Part shown: in pieces, positions 37,222 through 45,225 of the stretch
Layout of the letters: each line of letters starts with the position of its first letter
Numbering within the stretch: the first letter of the stretch is position 1
From: Bacteroides uniformis
GTDB taxonomy: Bacteria > Bacillota_I > Bacilli_A > RFN20 > CAG-826
DNA: 64,000 nt
Direction: 5' to 3'
Assembly: GCA_963641445.1 (NCBI GenBank)
Contig: CAVIBR010000002.1
Location: 51,656-115,655 of the forward strand
Notes under the pieces: model-generated
Databases searched by the model: none
What the model was told of the DNA's origin: nothing
The model's input: the letters and a program-made list of their open reading frames with translations, nothing else
Program-made: the position numbers and the translations under genes

Positions 37222-38883
37222 TTAACTTTGTTTTTCACATTTAATAGAAACTTTGTTTTTATAGAAACTAACACCAAACAAAAGGGTATTCTTAATACCT
37301 AGATTTTTTAATTCTTGATCGTATCCTTGCGTTTTTATTTGTTTTATAGCATTCTCTGTTGAATTTTCTAATCTCGATTCAATTGTTCTAGTTTTTAAAG
37401 ATTTAACTTCAACCACAAATCCTAAATCTTTGTTATCTTTTGGTATGACTACTATATCCGCTCTGCCACTACCAGCATTGAATTCGTTTTTGATGTATGC
37501 GTCATCGAATATTACGGCTAAAGTCGTAGATAACAATATTTGGTAGTTTTTCTCTAAATTCATCTCATATGATGAGAAAGTAGACAAGAGATATTTTTCC
37601 ATTAAGTCCTTAAGATTAGAAGAATCTCCATCTTGGAAGGCCTTCTTCAATTTATAGACTAGAGGAATTTGATCACTCCTAAGATATCTGGAACGGATTT
37701 CTCTTCTGAACACTGCTTTGATTTCTTTGTTAGGTATAACAAGGCTGTAAAATTCTTCGTAGTTATCCGAGATTGATAAGTAACCACTAGCTAAAAGATA
37801 AGAACATACCGAAATAAACGAATCGTCTAAATCCTTATAGGAAAGAGCTATATCTATCTCGGTATTAATCTTCTTATCAGATAATAAAGGCAATAAGGAA
37901 TTTAAACGTTCTAAGCTAAGTATCTTTCCTAAAGTTTTGCTTTCGCCAGTATTGTTCCAATACATTCCATCTTCTCCCCCGTTTTGAATAAAGCTCAAAA
38001 CAGATAATGGATTGAATATTTTAGAATTTCCAAACTTATATCCTCCATACCAGGAGCAGACATCATCATATCTCTCAGAATAGTCATAATATTCAAGCAT
38101 ATCTTTGACTTCATTTTCGGTGAAGCCAAATCCTTCATCCATATTCTTAGAAAGAATTGAGTTGGTAACTAAATTATTAACCCCGGAGAATAATGATTCT
38201 TTTGCGATTTGCAGTATTCCAGTTATCACGGCTAAACGAAGAGATTGATTGGTCTTTAAGCTTTCACCGAAATATTGTTTGAAGAACATGATCGTTTCAT
38301 CATAGAAACCATAATCAAAAGAATAATGAACAGGAGAATCATATTCATCAATTAAGATGATGACCTTTTTATTAGTCGTTTTATATAGCATCTCAGACAA
38401 TCTTAGCAAGGAACTAGAAAGATCGTTTATCGTAGAATCCTTAGCGACAATTGATTGAAAATATTCTTTTTCTTCAGAATTTAATGTCGATGAAGAAAGA
38501 ATATAGGCATGGCGTTGATACTCTTTGCTCATACATTCTTTCATTTTTTCAATCAATGTTTCAAAATCCATTCCTATTACATTTTTTAAATTGATATGTA
38601 TAAGCGGGTATTTTTGGAATTCATTTTCAATAACTTCTTTGTTATTCCATATTTTTTTACCTTTGAAATATTGACTTTTATCGGTTTCGTCTTTTTCAAA
38701 AAACTCTTGAAGCATTGATAACATCAAAGTTTTGCCAAATCTTCTAGGACGAGTAAAAAGTAAGCATGTTCCAGTAGGAAATTTTGAAATAGTCTCAATA
38801 ATGTTTGTTTTGTCTACGTAATAACATTCATTCGATACTGTCTCGAAGAATTCAATTCCTAATGGTACAGGTTTCTTTTCCAT
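37222..38883 (-). CDS. AAA-ATPase_like N-terminal domain plus C-terminal PD-(D/E)XK nuclease-like domain protein (DUF1703-type predicted AAA-ATPase)
   Basis: 553 aa. Hallmark N-terminal region …ECYYVDKTNIIETISKF…LFTRPRRFGKTLMLSMLQEFF… and Walker-B-like ILIDEYDSPV. C-terminal …NAGSGRADIVVIPKDNKDLGFVVEVKSLK… matches the PD-(D/E)XK (D…EVK) core of DUF1703. RBS CAGGAG. Convergent with the TIR gene. Confidence 0.65.
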   Translation of the reverse strand: MEKKPVPLGIEFFETVSNECYYVDKTNIIETISKFPTGTCLLFTRPRRFGKTLMLSMLQEFFEKDETDKSQYFKGKKIWNNKEVIENEFQKYPLIHINLKNVIGMDFETLIEKMKECMSKEYQRHAYILSSSTLNSEEKEYFQSIVAKDSTINDLSSSLLRLSEMLYKTTNKKVIILIDEYDSPVHYSFDYGFYDETIMFFKQYFGESLKTNQSLRLAVITGILQIAKESLFSGVNNLVTNSILSKNMDEGFGFTENEVKDMLEYYDYSERYDDVCSWYGGYKFGNSKIFNPLSVLSFIQNGGEDGMYWNNTGESKTLGKILSLERLNSLLPLLSDKKINTEIDIALSYKDLDDSFISVCSYLLASGYLSISDNYEEFYSLVIPNKEIKAVFRREIRSRYLRSDQIPLVYKLKKAFQDGDSSNLKDLMEKYLLSTFSSYEMNLEKNYQILLSTTLAVIFDDAYIKNEFNAGSGRADIVVIPKDNKDLGFVVEVKSLKTRTIESRLENSTENAIKQIKTQGYDQELKNLGIKNTLLFGVSFYKNKVSIKCEKQS

Positions 38884-38904
38884 AAAATAACTCCTGTTAT
38901 TATC

Positions 38905-38940
38905 TTACAACATCAAACAACATCAAACAACATTTGTCTC
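38905..38940. repeat. Tandem decamer CATCAAACAA x3, plus a flanking pair of 20-bp repeats (TTG(T/C)AAGCGTTGT(T/A)TGAG on the minus strand) in the promoter region of the DUF1703-type gene
   Basis: acatcaaacaacatcaaacaacatcaaacaacatttg, then …catacaacgcttgcaacat…catcaaacaacgcttacaacat. The region lies between the XRE stop (39083) and the DUF1703 start (38883). Confidence 0.5.
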
Positions 38941-39082
38941 TCTCATACAACGCTTGCAACATTTTTACTCATCAAACAACGCTTACAACATAAAATCATC
39001 AAAAATAAAGTAAAAAAATCCAAAAATCAGCATAATCGTAAAAATCTATCTAGTGTTTTAGAATTAAATATTCAAAAAAAGA

Positions 39083-39298
39083 TTAATCCTCTTGGCTCTT
39101 TCTTTCCTTACGGATCGGTCCAGCTTCCATGCCAAACATTTCAAGAGCTACATTAACTTTGTCCATGCGCACTGTTGGCTTTCCTTGTTCTAAATCTCTA
39201 ATAAAGCGTAATCCGAGACCAGAACGCATCGCAAACTCTTCTTGGGTAAGCCCTGCTTCTTTTCTGCTTTTCTTAACAAATTCTGCTATTGGATTCAT
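39083..39298 (-). CDS. XRE-family (Cro/CI-type) helix-turn-helix transcriptional regulator, 71 aa
   Basis: MNPIAEFVKKSRKEAGLTQEEFAMRSGLGLRFIRDLEQGKPTVRMDKVNVALEMFGM… is a canonical HTH_XRE. Confidence 0.8.
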   Translation of the reverse strand: MNPIAEFVKKSRKEAGLTQEEFAMRSGLGLRFIRDLEQGKPTVRMDKVNVALEMFGMEAGPIRKERKSQED

Positions 39299-39324
39299 AA
39301 ATAATTCTCTTTATGCATATAATT

Positions 39325-39383
39325 TATACCCTTAAAGGTATAGTTTCAATGAAATTTGTATTTTTTATACCTTAACGGGTATG
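39325..39383. promoter_or_regulatory. Pair of inverted-repeat operator-like sites (TATACCCTTAAAGGTATA at 39325-39342; TATACCTTAACGGGTATG at 39366-39383) in the XRE gene promoter region
   Basis: Each site is internally dyad-symmetric (ATACC…GGTAT). The two are mutually inverted, 24 bp apart, and start 27 bp upstream of the XRE start codon. Confidence 0.4.
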
Positions 39384-39534
39384 TTTTATATTCATAATGG
39401 TTTTCATTGAAATAATTTGATAAAAGATACTCATCTCTGAAATTATTTACAATTTATTTACATTTTCGATAAATGCTTAACTTTTTATGCATGCAGAAAA
39501 TGTCAAAAAACATACAAAATATATTACATTTTTA

Positions 39535-39569
39535 TGAAAACGCTTACTGAAAACGCTTACTGAAAAGCC
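39535..39569. repeat. Tandem 13-mer TGAAAACGCTTAC x2 plus a partial third copy, upstream of the small ORF at 39651
   Basis: tgaaaacgcttactgaaaacgcttactgaaaagcc. A possible sigma70-like promoter follows (TTTACC 39578-39583, 18-bp spacer, GATAAT 39602-39607). Confidence 0.45.
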
Positions 39570-39650
39570 TTTCATATTTTACCTTCTTGAAATCGTTTTA
39601 AGATAATGGCGCTTTGGGAAACAAAGCAATGTAATTAAGGAGGAATTCAT

Positions 39651-39740
39651 ATGTTCTTCAGAAAGAAAAGCAAAAACTACAGCGAATACAGCAAATTGCT
39701 TGCCGCTATTGCTAAAGAAGGTCCAATTTTCCGCGACTAA
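39651..39740 (+). CDS. Small basic protein (29 aa) with a consensus Shine-Dalgarno and its own rho-independent terminator. Unannotated small-ORF candidate.
   Basis: TAAGGAGGAATTCAT-ATG. Product MFFRKKSKNYSEYSKLLAAIAKEGPIFRD. Followed by the terminator at 39780-39810. Too short for the ORF track (which has a cutoff of about 60 aa). Confidence 0.4.
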   Translation: MFFRKKSKNYSEYSKLLAAIAKEGPIFRD

Positions 39741-39779
39741 TTGAAAAACGACGGCTTATCTAATTAAGCCAAGATTCCC

Positions 39780-39810
39780 CCGTCCAAAAAATAAGGACGG
39801 TTTTCTTTTT
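39780..39810 (+). terminator. Rho-independent terminator (plus-strand specific)
   Basis: ccgtcc-aaaaaataa-ggacgg followed by TTTTCTTTTT. The minus-strand version lacks a U-tract. Confidence 0.6.
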
Positions 39811-39812
39811 AC

Positions 39813-41132
39813 TTAAATCCCACACATTAGATATATTCCTAATGATGATGAAATAATTGCAACAGGCGCAAGAATAATTCCATATTTAACAAAAGAAACG
39901 AAATTAAAATCTAAATCGTTTTTCTTTAGGATGGACATCCACATGATTCCTGCTAAGGCACCAATTGGAGTGAGATATGCGCCAATATTCGATCCAATGA
40001 TCGTTGAGAATATCGCTAATTCATTTTTTCCTTCAAGAATTGATGAATATAAAACAGACATTGGAATGTTATTGATAACGTTATCGAACAAAGTGGATGA
40101 AACAGTATACGTAAATGTCTCGGCTAACGGATTAATGGATAAGGTATCCAATATCTTTTGTAATTCGCTTATTATTCCATTCTCTTTTAATGATAGAACC
40201 AATATGAACATCGATAAGATGAATGGTATAAGGTTATATGGCAATCTTTTGTATGTTACAAACAAATATTCTCCGTTCTTTTTCAACAACGAATATATTG
40301 CTAAAACAAGAGACATCGTAGCCATTCCACCTAAGCAGATCGCCCACATCTCTAAGGAAACATAATTAGATATAACTAGAAGAATGGTTGTTATTCCTAA
40401 AACACAAAGATTGATAATTACTAAAGGTTTGTTATTAAGCTGAGCTTCTTCTACTTCAACATCTTCAATCTTCTTAGATAGATCTTTTCTGAATATAAGG
40501 AAAATCGTTATCAATGTAGCAAGTCCTGCAAATAATGTTGGTAACCACATCTTTGAAAGATAATAAGCAAAAGAAATATCACTAGACCCAGAAAGGTAGA
40601 TATTTGTTGGGTTTCCAATCGATAATAACATCGAATAAGTGTTTGCATTAACAAATTCGCAAATAAGATAAGGCAATGGATTTATCTTAGCTTTCTTTGA
40701 GAAAGAAATAATAAATGGAGTAAAAGTTAGAATAACAATATCGTTAGATGTAAAGACAGTAAGCAAAGCGACAAGAAGATAAATTGAAAAGAATATCTTA
40801 TATCGGCTGCCTTTAGCTTTATTTAGAACCTTTGTCGCAAGGAAATTGAAGAAATTTAGCTCATCTAATGAAATAGATATCATTGATAAGGAAATGAACA
40901 AGACAAGAATCTTTATTGGATTCATCTTCCCCGTAGTTAAATCGTTCCATAAAGATGAAAGATTTATTTGATTTGAGGCTAAAACAACTATTGCTCCGAT
41001 AAGAGGAGGAATCCAAAAAGTTTGAAAAGAGACCTTACCTATACTCATATTTGGCTTGAATATGATTAGAATCATCATCAAGAAGACGCTAATTATGAAT
41101 GTGGATAAAGAATGAGCCATAAAAAATACCAA
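39813..41132 (-). CDS. ArsB/NhaD (ion-transporter superfamily, YbiR-like) permease
   Basis: 439 aa, about 11-12 TM, with the duplicated-hairpin layout and Gly/Pro-rich re-entrant loops (…LLSIGNPTNIYLSG… and …IIGSNIGAYLTPIGALAGIM…) typical of ArsB/NhaD/CitMHS transporters. The ORF track start is a TTG (41132). An in-frame ATG at 41120 (MAHSL…) is equally possible. Neither has an SD. Confidence 0.6.
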   Translation of the reverse strand: MVFFMAHSLSTFIISVFLMMILIIFKPNMSIGKVSFQTFWIPPLIGAIVVLASNQINLSSLWNDLTTGKMNPIKILVLFISLSMISISLDELNFFNFLATKVLNKAKGSRYKIFFSIYLLVALLTVFTSNDIVILTFTPFIISFSKKAKINPLPYLICEFVNANTYSMLLSIGNPTNIYLSGSSDISFAYYLSKMWLPTLFAGLATLITIFLIFRKDLSKKIEDVEVEEAQLNNKPLVIINLCVLGITTILLVISNYVSLEMWAICLGGMATMSLVLAIYSLLKKNGEYLFVTYKRLPYNLIPFILSMFILVLSLKENGIISELQKILDTLSINPLAETFTYTVSSTLFDNVINNIPMSVLYSSILEGKNELAIFSTIIGSNIGAYLTPIGALAGIMWMSILKKNDLDFNFVSFVKYGIILAPVAIISSSLGIYLMCGI

Positions 41133-41149
41133 CGGGTATTATACGGCTA

Positions 41150-43216
41150 TTAGTTTAAGGCGATAGAAGAAATAACCATCAATCCAGCAAATACGTATCC
41201 CATTGCAAAGAACACGCCATATAAAATCAAGGTGAAATAATCTAAAGGCTTATTCCTGCTTCCGAAATGTGGGTGATAGAAAAGTAGCATTGGAGCTAGA
41301 TAGATAATTTCCCAATATCCTCCTAATCCCCTATTTCCTTTTGTTGAATGGGCGAGCAAATATTCCGTTAAGGAAAGAACGCAGATAATCACGCAGATAA
41401 GAATATTCTTCATAAAATAGAATTTATTGCCGTTAAAGAAACGTCCTGCAACTTCAGGTCCATATCTGAATTTAAAGAAGAGTCTAAGGAAATAAAGACC
41501 GATCAAGTAAGAGCAGCATAATAAGGAGAATTGAGGTCTTTCGGAATTGAAGAAATAAACCTGCCATGTATTAAAGTTTAGGCCCCATTTCTTGTAGTTT
41601 TGGAAAATAACGGTTGAAATGATAATCCATGCTAAAGGAAGAATGGCTAAGCACCTAAAACCTATTGTTTTCTTCTTTGAATCCATCCAGCCTGGAGAAT
41701 AGAAAAGGAAGACCATGATGCCAAAATAACAAGCGATCGTAGAAAAGTTATTCGGAATGACATAGAAAAGATCGACTATCTTAGCAACTCCTCTTGTCAT
41801 GCTGAAATATTGAACCAATGTTGCTTCAAGAATATATAATCCAAAGAAAACAATGAAATAAAGGAAGAAATTTCTAAGACTTCTTCTATCATTAAGGAAA
41901 ATATCGAAATCAATGAAATATAGTAAGAACATTCCAACCGTGAAATACATGAACAAGCTTAAGGAAGTAGATTCGAAATCGGATTGATCGATTCCTGTGA
42001 AGGTGAAAAGATTTATCGTATAAAGAATGATTCTTATCGAGCCGAAAAAGACAAGACCTATTCCAATTAATTCATATATCGTTTCAGGAACAAATGGATA
42101 GAAACGTATGTCTTTCTTCGGTGTCACGCATGATCTAGATATTGGAGCGTCGTTTGCTAATTTAAGTTCACGTGCTGCATCCTTTGCTAATCTCTTTTTG
42201 CTCTTTCCACCAAAGAAGATGGCAAAGAGAATGAAGAAAAGGAATCCACCAGTTAGAATAACTCCGCCTAAACCAAAGCCAAGAGAAGAAATCTCCGCAT
42301 AAAGATTCTCCGTCGCGCTTTCTGCATGATCGACAAGCAATTCGTTATAGAAATTGTAATCTAAGTCTAATTTCTCTTTGATTAAAGATGTGAAGGCGTC
42401 GTTAAGCTCATTAACATGTTCTAAGGCCTTATCTTTTAATTTTAGATACACCTCACTAGAAGATTCATAATGGTTATATGCCCCATCATAGAGATCATCG
42501 GTGAATTTAAACTCACTTTTATCATCGTCTCTTTGTAGGTTGTTCGTGTATTTTACGAGGGTTTCGCGGTCGATATATTGAAATTTGATTGTTGTTAATG
42601 CTTTTTTTGCATCATTAGGAATGATGTAATAAATATTCTCTTCCTCGCTTGAATAACAAACATATGCGTTAAGACTTCTAATAGCGTAGTCTTCCGTTGA
42701 AGTACTAATAGAGGTAAATCTCCCATTAGAAGATGAATGAATCTCAGGTCTAGTCATCTCGTGGAGGAGGGAAACTGTTGTTCCGCCTTTTTCTCTCATT
42801 GTATAAGCGAATGTTAGATATCTTTCGTTATAGAAATCAGTCGCATGATCCATGACATAGCCATAACGGCAAAAGCCGAATATCGTTAAGCCAATTGATG
42901 CAAGAAGGAAAACCAATATTCCTATTTTGACATATACCTTTGATAATAATTTCTGATAGAACTTAACAAACCAACCGACCTTTTCAGGCAATTCAGCAGG
43001 ATAAGAGGAGACTCCTTCAAGATATTGAGAATAATCAACGCCTAATGCTTTAGAAATTCTTTCAACGTATTTTTTGCCTGGTTTGACATATCCATTTTCG
43101 TAATAAGAATAAAAAAGAGGGGGTACGTTAAGCAGTTTTGCAAACTTTCGCTTAGTTAATCCCATCTCCATTCTTCTCTTGTAGAGATATTCGTTATAGG
43201 CGATGCTTACTTCCAT
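41150..43216 (-). CDS. Membrane protein with an N-terminal cytoplasmic XRE-type HTH domain fused to a large polytopic membrane domain (membrane-anchored one-component regulator candidate)
   Basis: 688 aa. N-terminal …YLYKRRMEMGLTKRKFAKLLNVPPLFYSYYENGYVKPGKKYVERISKALGVDYSQYLEG is HTH_XRE. Then 1 TM, an extracytoplasmic domain of about 230 aa, a second TM and a basic loop (GKSKKRLAKDAAREL), then about 8 further TM helices. TGT-TATACT (extended -10) lies 7 nt upstream of the ATG: leaderless candidate. Confidence 0.6.
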   Translation of the reverse strand: MEVSIAYNEYLYKRRMEMGLTKRKFAKLLNVPPLFYSYYENGYVKPGKKYVERISKALGVDYSQYLEGVSSYPAELPEKVGWFVKFYQKLLSKVYVKIGILVFLLASIGLTIFGFCRYGYVMDHATDFYNERYLTFAYTMREKGGTTVSLLHEMTRPEIHSSSNGRFTSISTSTEDYAIRSLNAYVCYSSEEENIYYIIPNDAKKALTTIKFQYIDRETLVKYTNNLQRDDDKSEFKFTDDLYDGAYNHYESSSEVYLKLKDKALEHVNELNDAFTSLIKEKLDLDYNFYNELLVDHAESATENLYAEISSLGFGLGGVILTGGFLFFILFAIFFGGKSKKRLAKDAARELKLANDAPISRSCVTPKKDIRFYPFVPETIYELIGIGLVFFGSIRIILYTINLFTFTGIDQSDFESTSLSLFMYFTVGMFLLYFIDFDIFLNDRRSLRNFFLYFIVFFGLYILEATLVQYFSMTRGVAKIVDLFYVIPNNFSTIACYFGIMVFLFYSPGWMDSKKKTIGFRCLAILPLAWIIISTVIFQNYKKWGLNFNTWQVYFFNSERPQFSLLCCSYLIGLYFLRLFFKFRYGPEVAGRFFNGNKFYFMKNILICVIICVLSLTEYLLAHSTKGNRGLGGYWEIIYLAPMLLFYHPHFGSRNKPLDYFTLILYGVFFAMGYVFAGLMVISSIALN

Positions 43217-43284
43217 ACGTATGAGTATAACATTTTAAAGTTTCTTTCTATTATCTTTTTCTTTTGATTGCTACAATATATCAG

Positions 43285-45147
43285 ATGAAATTTAAGAAGA
43301 TTTTAGTATATTCAACGCTTACCATCTTCCTTTGTTCCTGTGACCAAAAAAAGCCGGGGAATTTCTCATTTCGTTATTCTCAAGCAGTAAGCAATGATTA
43401 TACTGGTCAAGCTTATTATACAGATGAATATTTCAAAAAGGATTCGATTGAATATAATCAATCGCTATCCACTTCATCTCTTTGCTTTGCTATGTCTGCT
43501 TTTGCCAGCAATTCAACTCAATCCTACAGTAATAAATATATAAACGTTCAAAGCTTCCTTGAAAGAAATGGATTTAGCAAGATTGATGTGAATCAATATT
43601 TCAAAGTTAAACCTACAGCAGATTCTCTAGGCGTTTGTTTTGGAATGAAACAAATTGATGGAGTTACTTTGGTTGCAGCCGGAATTCGTGGCGCAGGATA
43701 CGAAATGGAATGGGCGAGCAACCTTACCATCGGCGATGGAGAGAAAATCAAACAGCACCAAGGCTTTTATGAAGCATCATCAATTTATCTTGAATCTTTA
43801 CATGATTATTTAAAAAACAATGCAATAACCGGCTCGATTAAGCTTTGGAGCGTTGGTTATTCACGTGCAGCCGCGACAAATAATCTTGCATGTGGAAGAA
43901 TTGATCAAAGAATAGATGAGAATAAAACTATCTTTGATGATTTGGATGTTACAATCAAAAAAGAGGACCTTTTCGCATATTGTTTTGAATGCCCTCAAGG
44001 AGCGTCATGGAACGAGACAATCTCTCCAAGAGATAAAATATATTCAAACATTCACAACATCATAAATTCCAACGATCCTGTTCCAATGGTCGCGATGTCT
44101 GCCTTCCATTTCACACGTTATGGGATTGATTATTATCTTCCTGATTCGATTAGAAATTCTAACTACTCATCTTTTGAACCAAGAATGCTTGAGTTATATA
44201 ACAAACTAGATAATCGTTCTGCTTTAGGGGATTACGTTATTGATGATTTCAATATGCGTGGAAGCAAGGAAGAAAATCTAGATGCGTCAAAATCAACAAA
44301 TGCTAGAAAGAATTGGACATCAGGCTTGTTCTTAAATGAATTATTAAACAATCTTTCTACGTACGGCATTGGTTCAGTTGCCAATTACTTCACCAACATC
44401 CAAGCTGGTCTTAGAACAGTTTGTGAGATTCTTTTCAATAATAGCCAAGCTAAATTCTCTTTAATGAATCTAGGCGTATCCTTAGCAAGAATATTCGTTA
44501 ATGACTCAAACGTTGATATTGTCGTCAATAACCTTTTCCATGATTTAAGTGCGTTTAAAAATGATTTGTTATATGCGTTAAAAATCGCCTTTGATTCGAT
44601 GGGGATAACAACGAATCCTAACGATATAATCGATGCCTTAGAATCTTTAGTTAGTGCATTAGTAAAAACTTTATCAATGCATTTTGAATATTTCTTTGTT
44701 TTCCTTTCTACATCGAATATCAAAGCACTTGCCCAGGCGCACTTCCCTGAATTGTGTTTTTCTCATATGATGGCATTAGACACCAATTATAACGATACGG
44801 TTAAAGAATATAACAATGACGGAAGCTATTATTATTTGCAAATACCTGATTTAAATGACAAAACAAAGATCACAATAACAAACAAAGAAGGCAAGCAAGT
44901 CGCGGGATTAGATGCCTATCAGTTATATGCGAATGGAACTCTTTCTTATGCGGTTATGGAAAATACGTTTGTTGCATATATTCCAGTTGATGAAGAATAT
45001 ACGATAAATATTGAAAATGGAACTGGCTACGACCTTTCTTATTTCGACCAAAGATATGAAGATATGATTTCATATAAGTTAGGCGAAATAAAAGATGAAA
45101 CATTTTCCTTAAGCACAGAAACATATCCGGAAAAGAAAGTGCAATAA
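43285..45147 (+). CDS. Secreted/lipoprotein alpha/beta-hydrolase (lipase-like, GYSRA nucleophile-elbow) protein. Start revised to the ATG at 43285.
   Basis: The ORF track starts at a TTG (43264). The ATG at 43285 gives MKFKKILVYSTLTIFLCSCDQKK (signal plus Cys). GxSxG-like motif …IKLWSVGYSRAAATNNLAC… Lipase_3-like context (…GVTLVAAGIRGAGYEMEWASN…). TACAAT lies 7 nt upstream of the ATG (leaderless candidate). Confidence 0.5.
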   Translation: MKFKKILVYSTLTIFLCSCDQKKPGNFSFRYSQAVSNDYTGQAYYTDEYFKKDSIEYNQSLSTSSLCFAMSAFASNSTQSYSNKYINVQSFLERNGFSKIDVNQYFKVKPTADSLGVCFGMKQIDGVTLVAAGIRGAGYEMEWASNLTIGDGEKIKQHQGFYEASSIYLESLHDYLKNNAITGSIKLWSVGYSRAAATNNLACGRIDQRIDENKTIFDDLDVTIKKEDLFAYCFECPQGASWNETISPRDKIYSNIHNIINSNDPVPMVAMSAFHFTRYGIDYYLPDSIRNSNYSSFEPRMLELYNKLDNRSALGDYVIDDFNMRGSKEENLDASKSTNARKNWTSGLFLNELLNNLSTYGIGSVANYFTNIQAGLRTVCEILFNNSQAKFSLMNLGVSLARIFVNDSNVDIVVNNLFHDLSAFKNDLLYALKIAFDSMGITTNPNDIIDALESLVSALVKTLSMHFEYFFVFLSTSNIKALAQAHFPELCFSHMMALDTNYNDTVKEYNNDGSYYYLQIPDLNDKTKITITNKEGKQVAGLDAYQLYANGTLSYAVMENTFVAYIPVDEEYTINIENGTGYDLSYFDQRYEDMISYKLGEIKDETFSLSTETYPEKKVQ

Positions 45148-45225
45148 GTCATTGTTAATTGAATAAAAATAGAAAAAGGCCGAACGCGTGTATGCAAATT
45201 CGGTCTTTTCATTTAATTAAGAATA

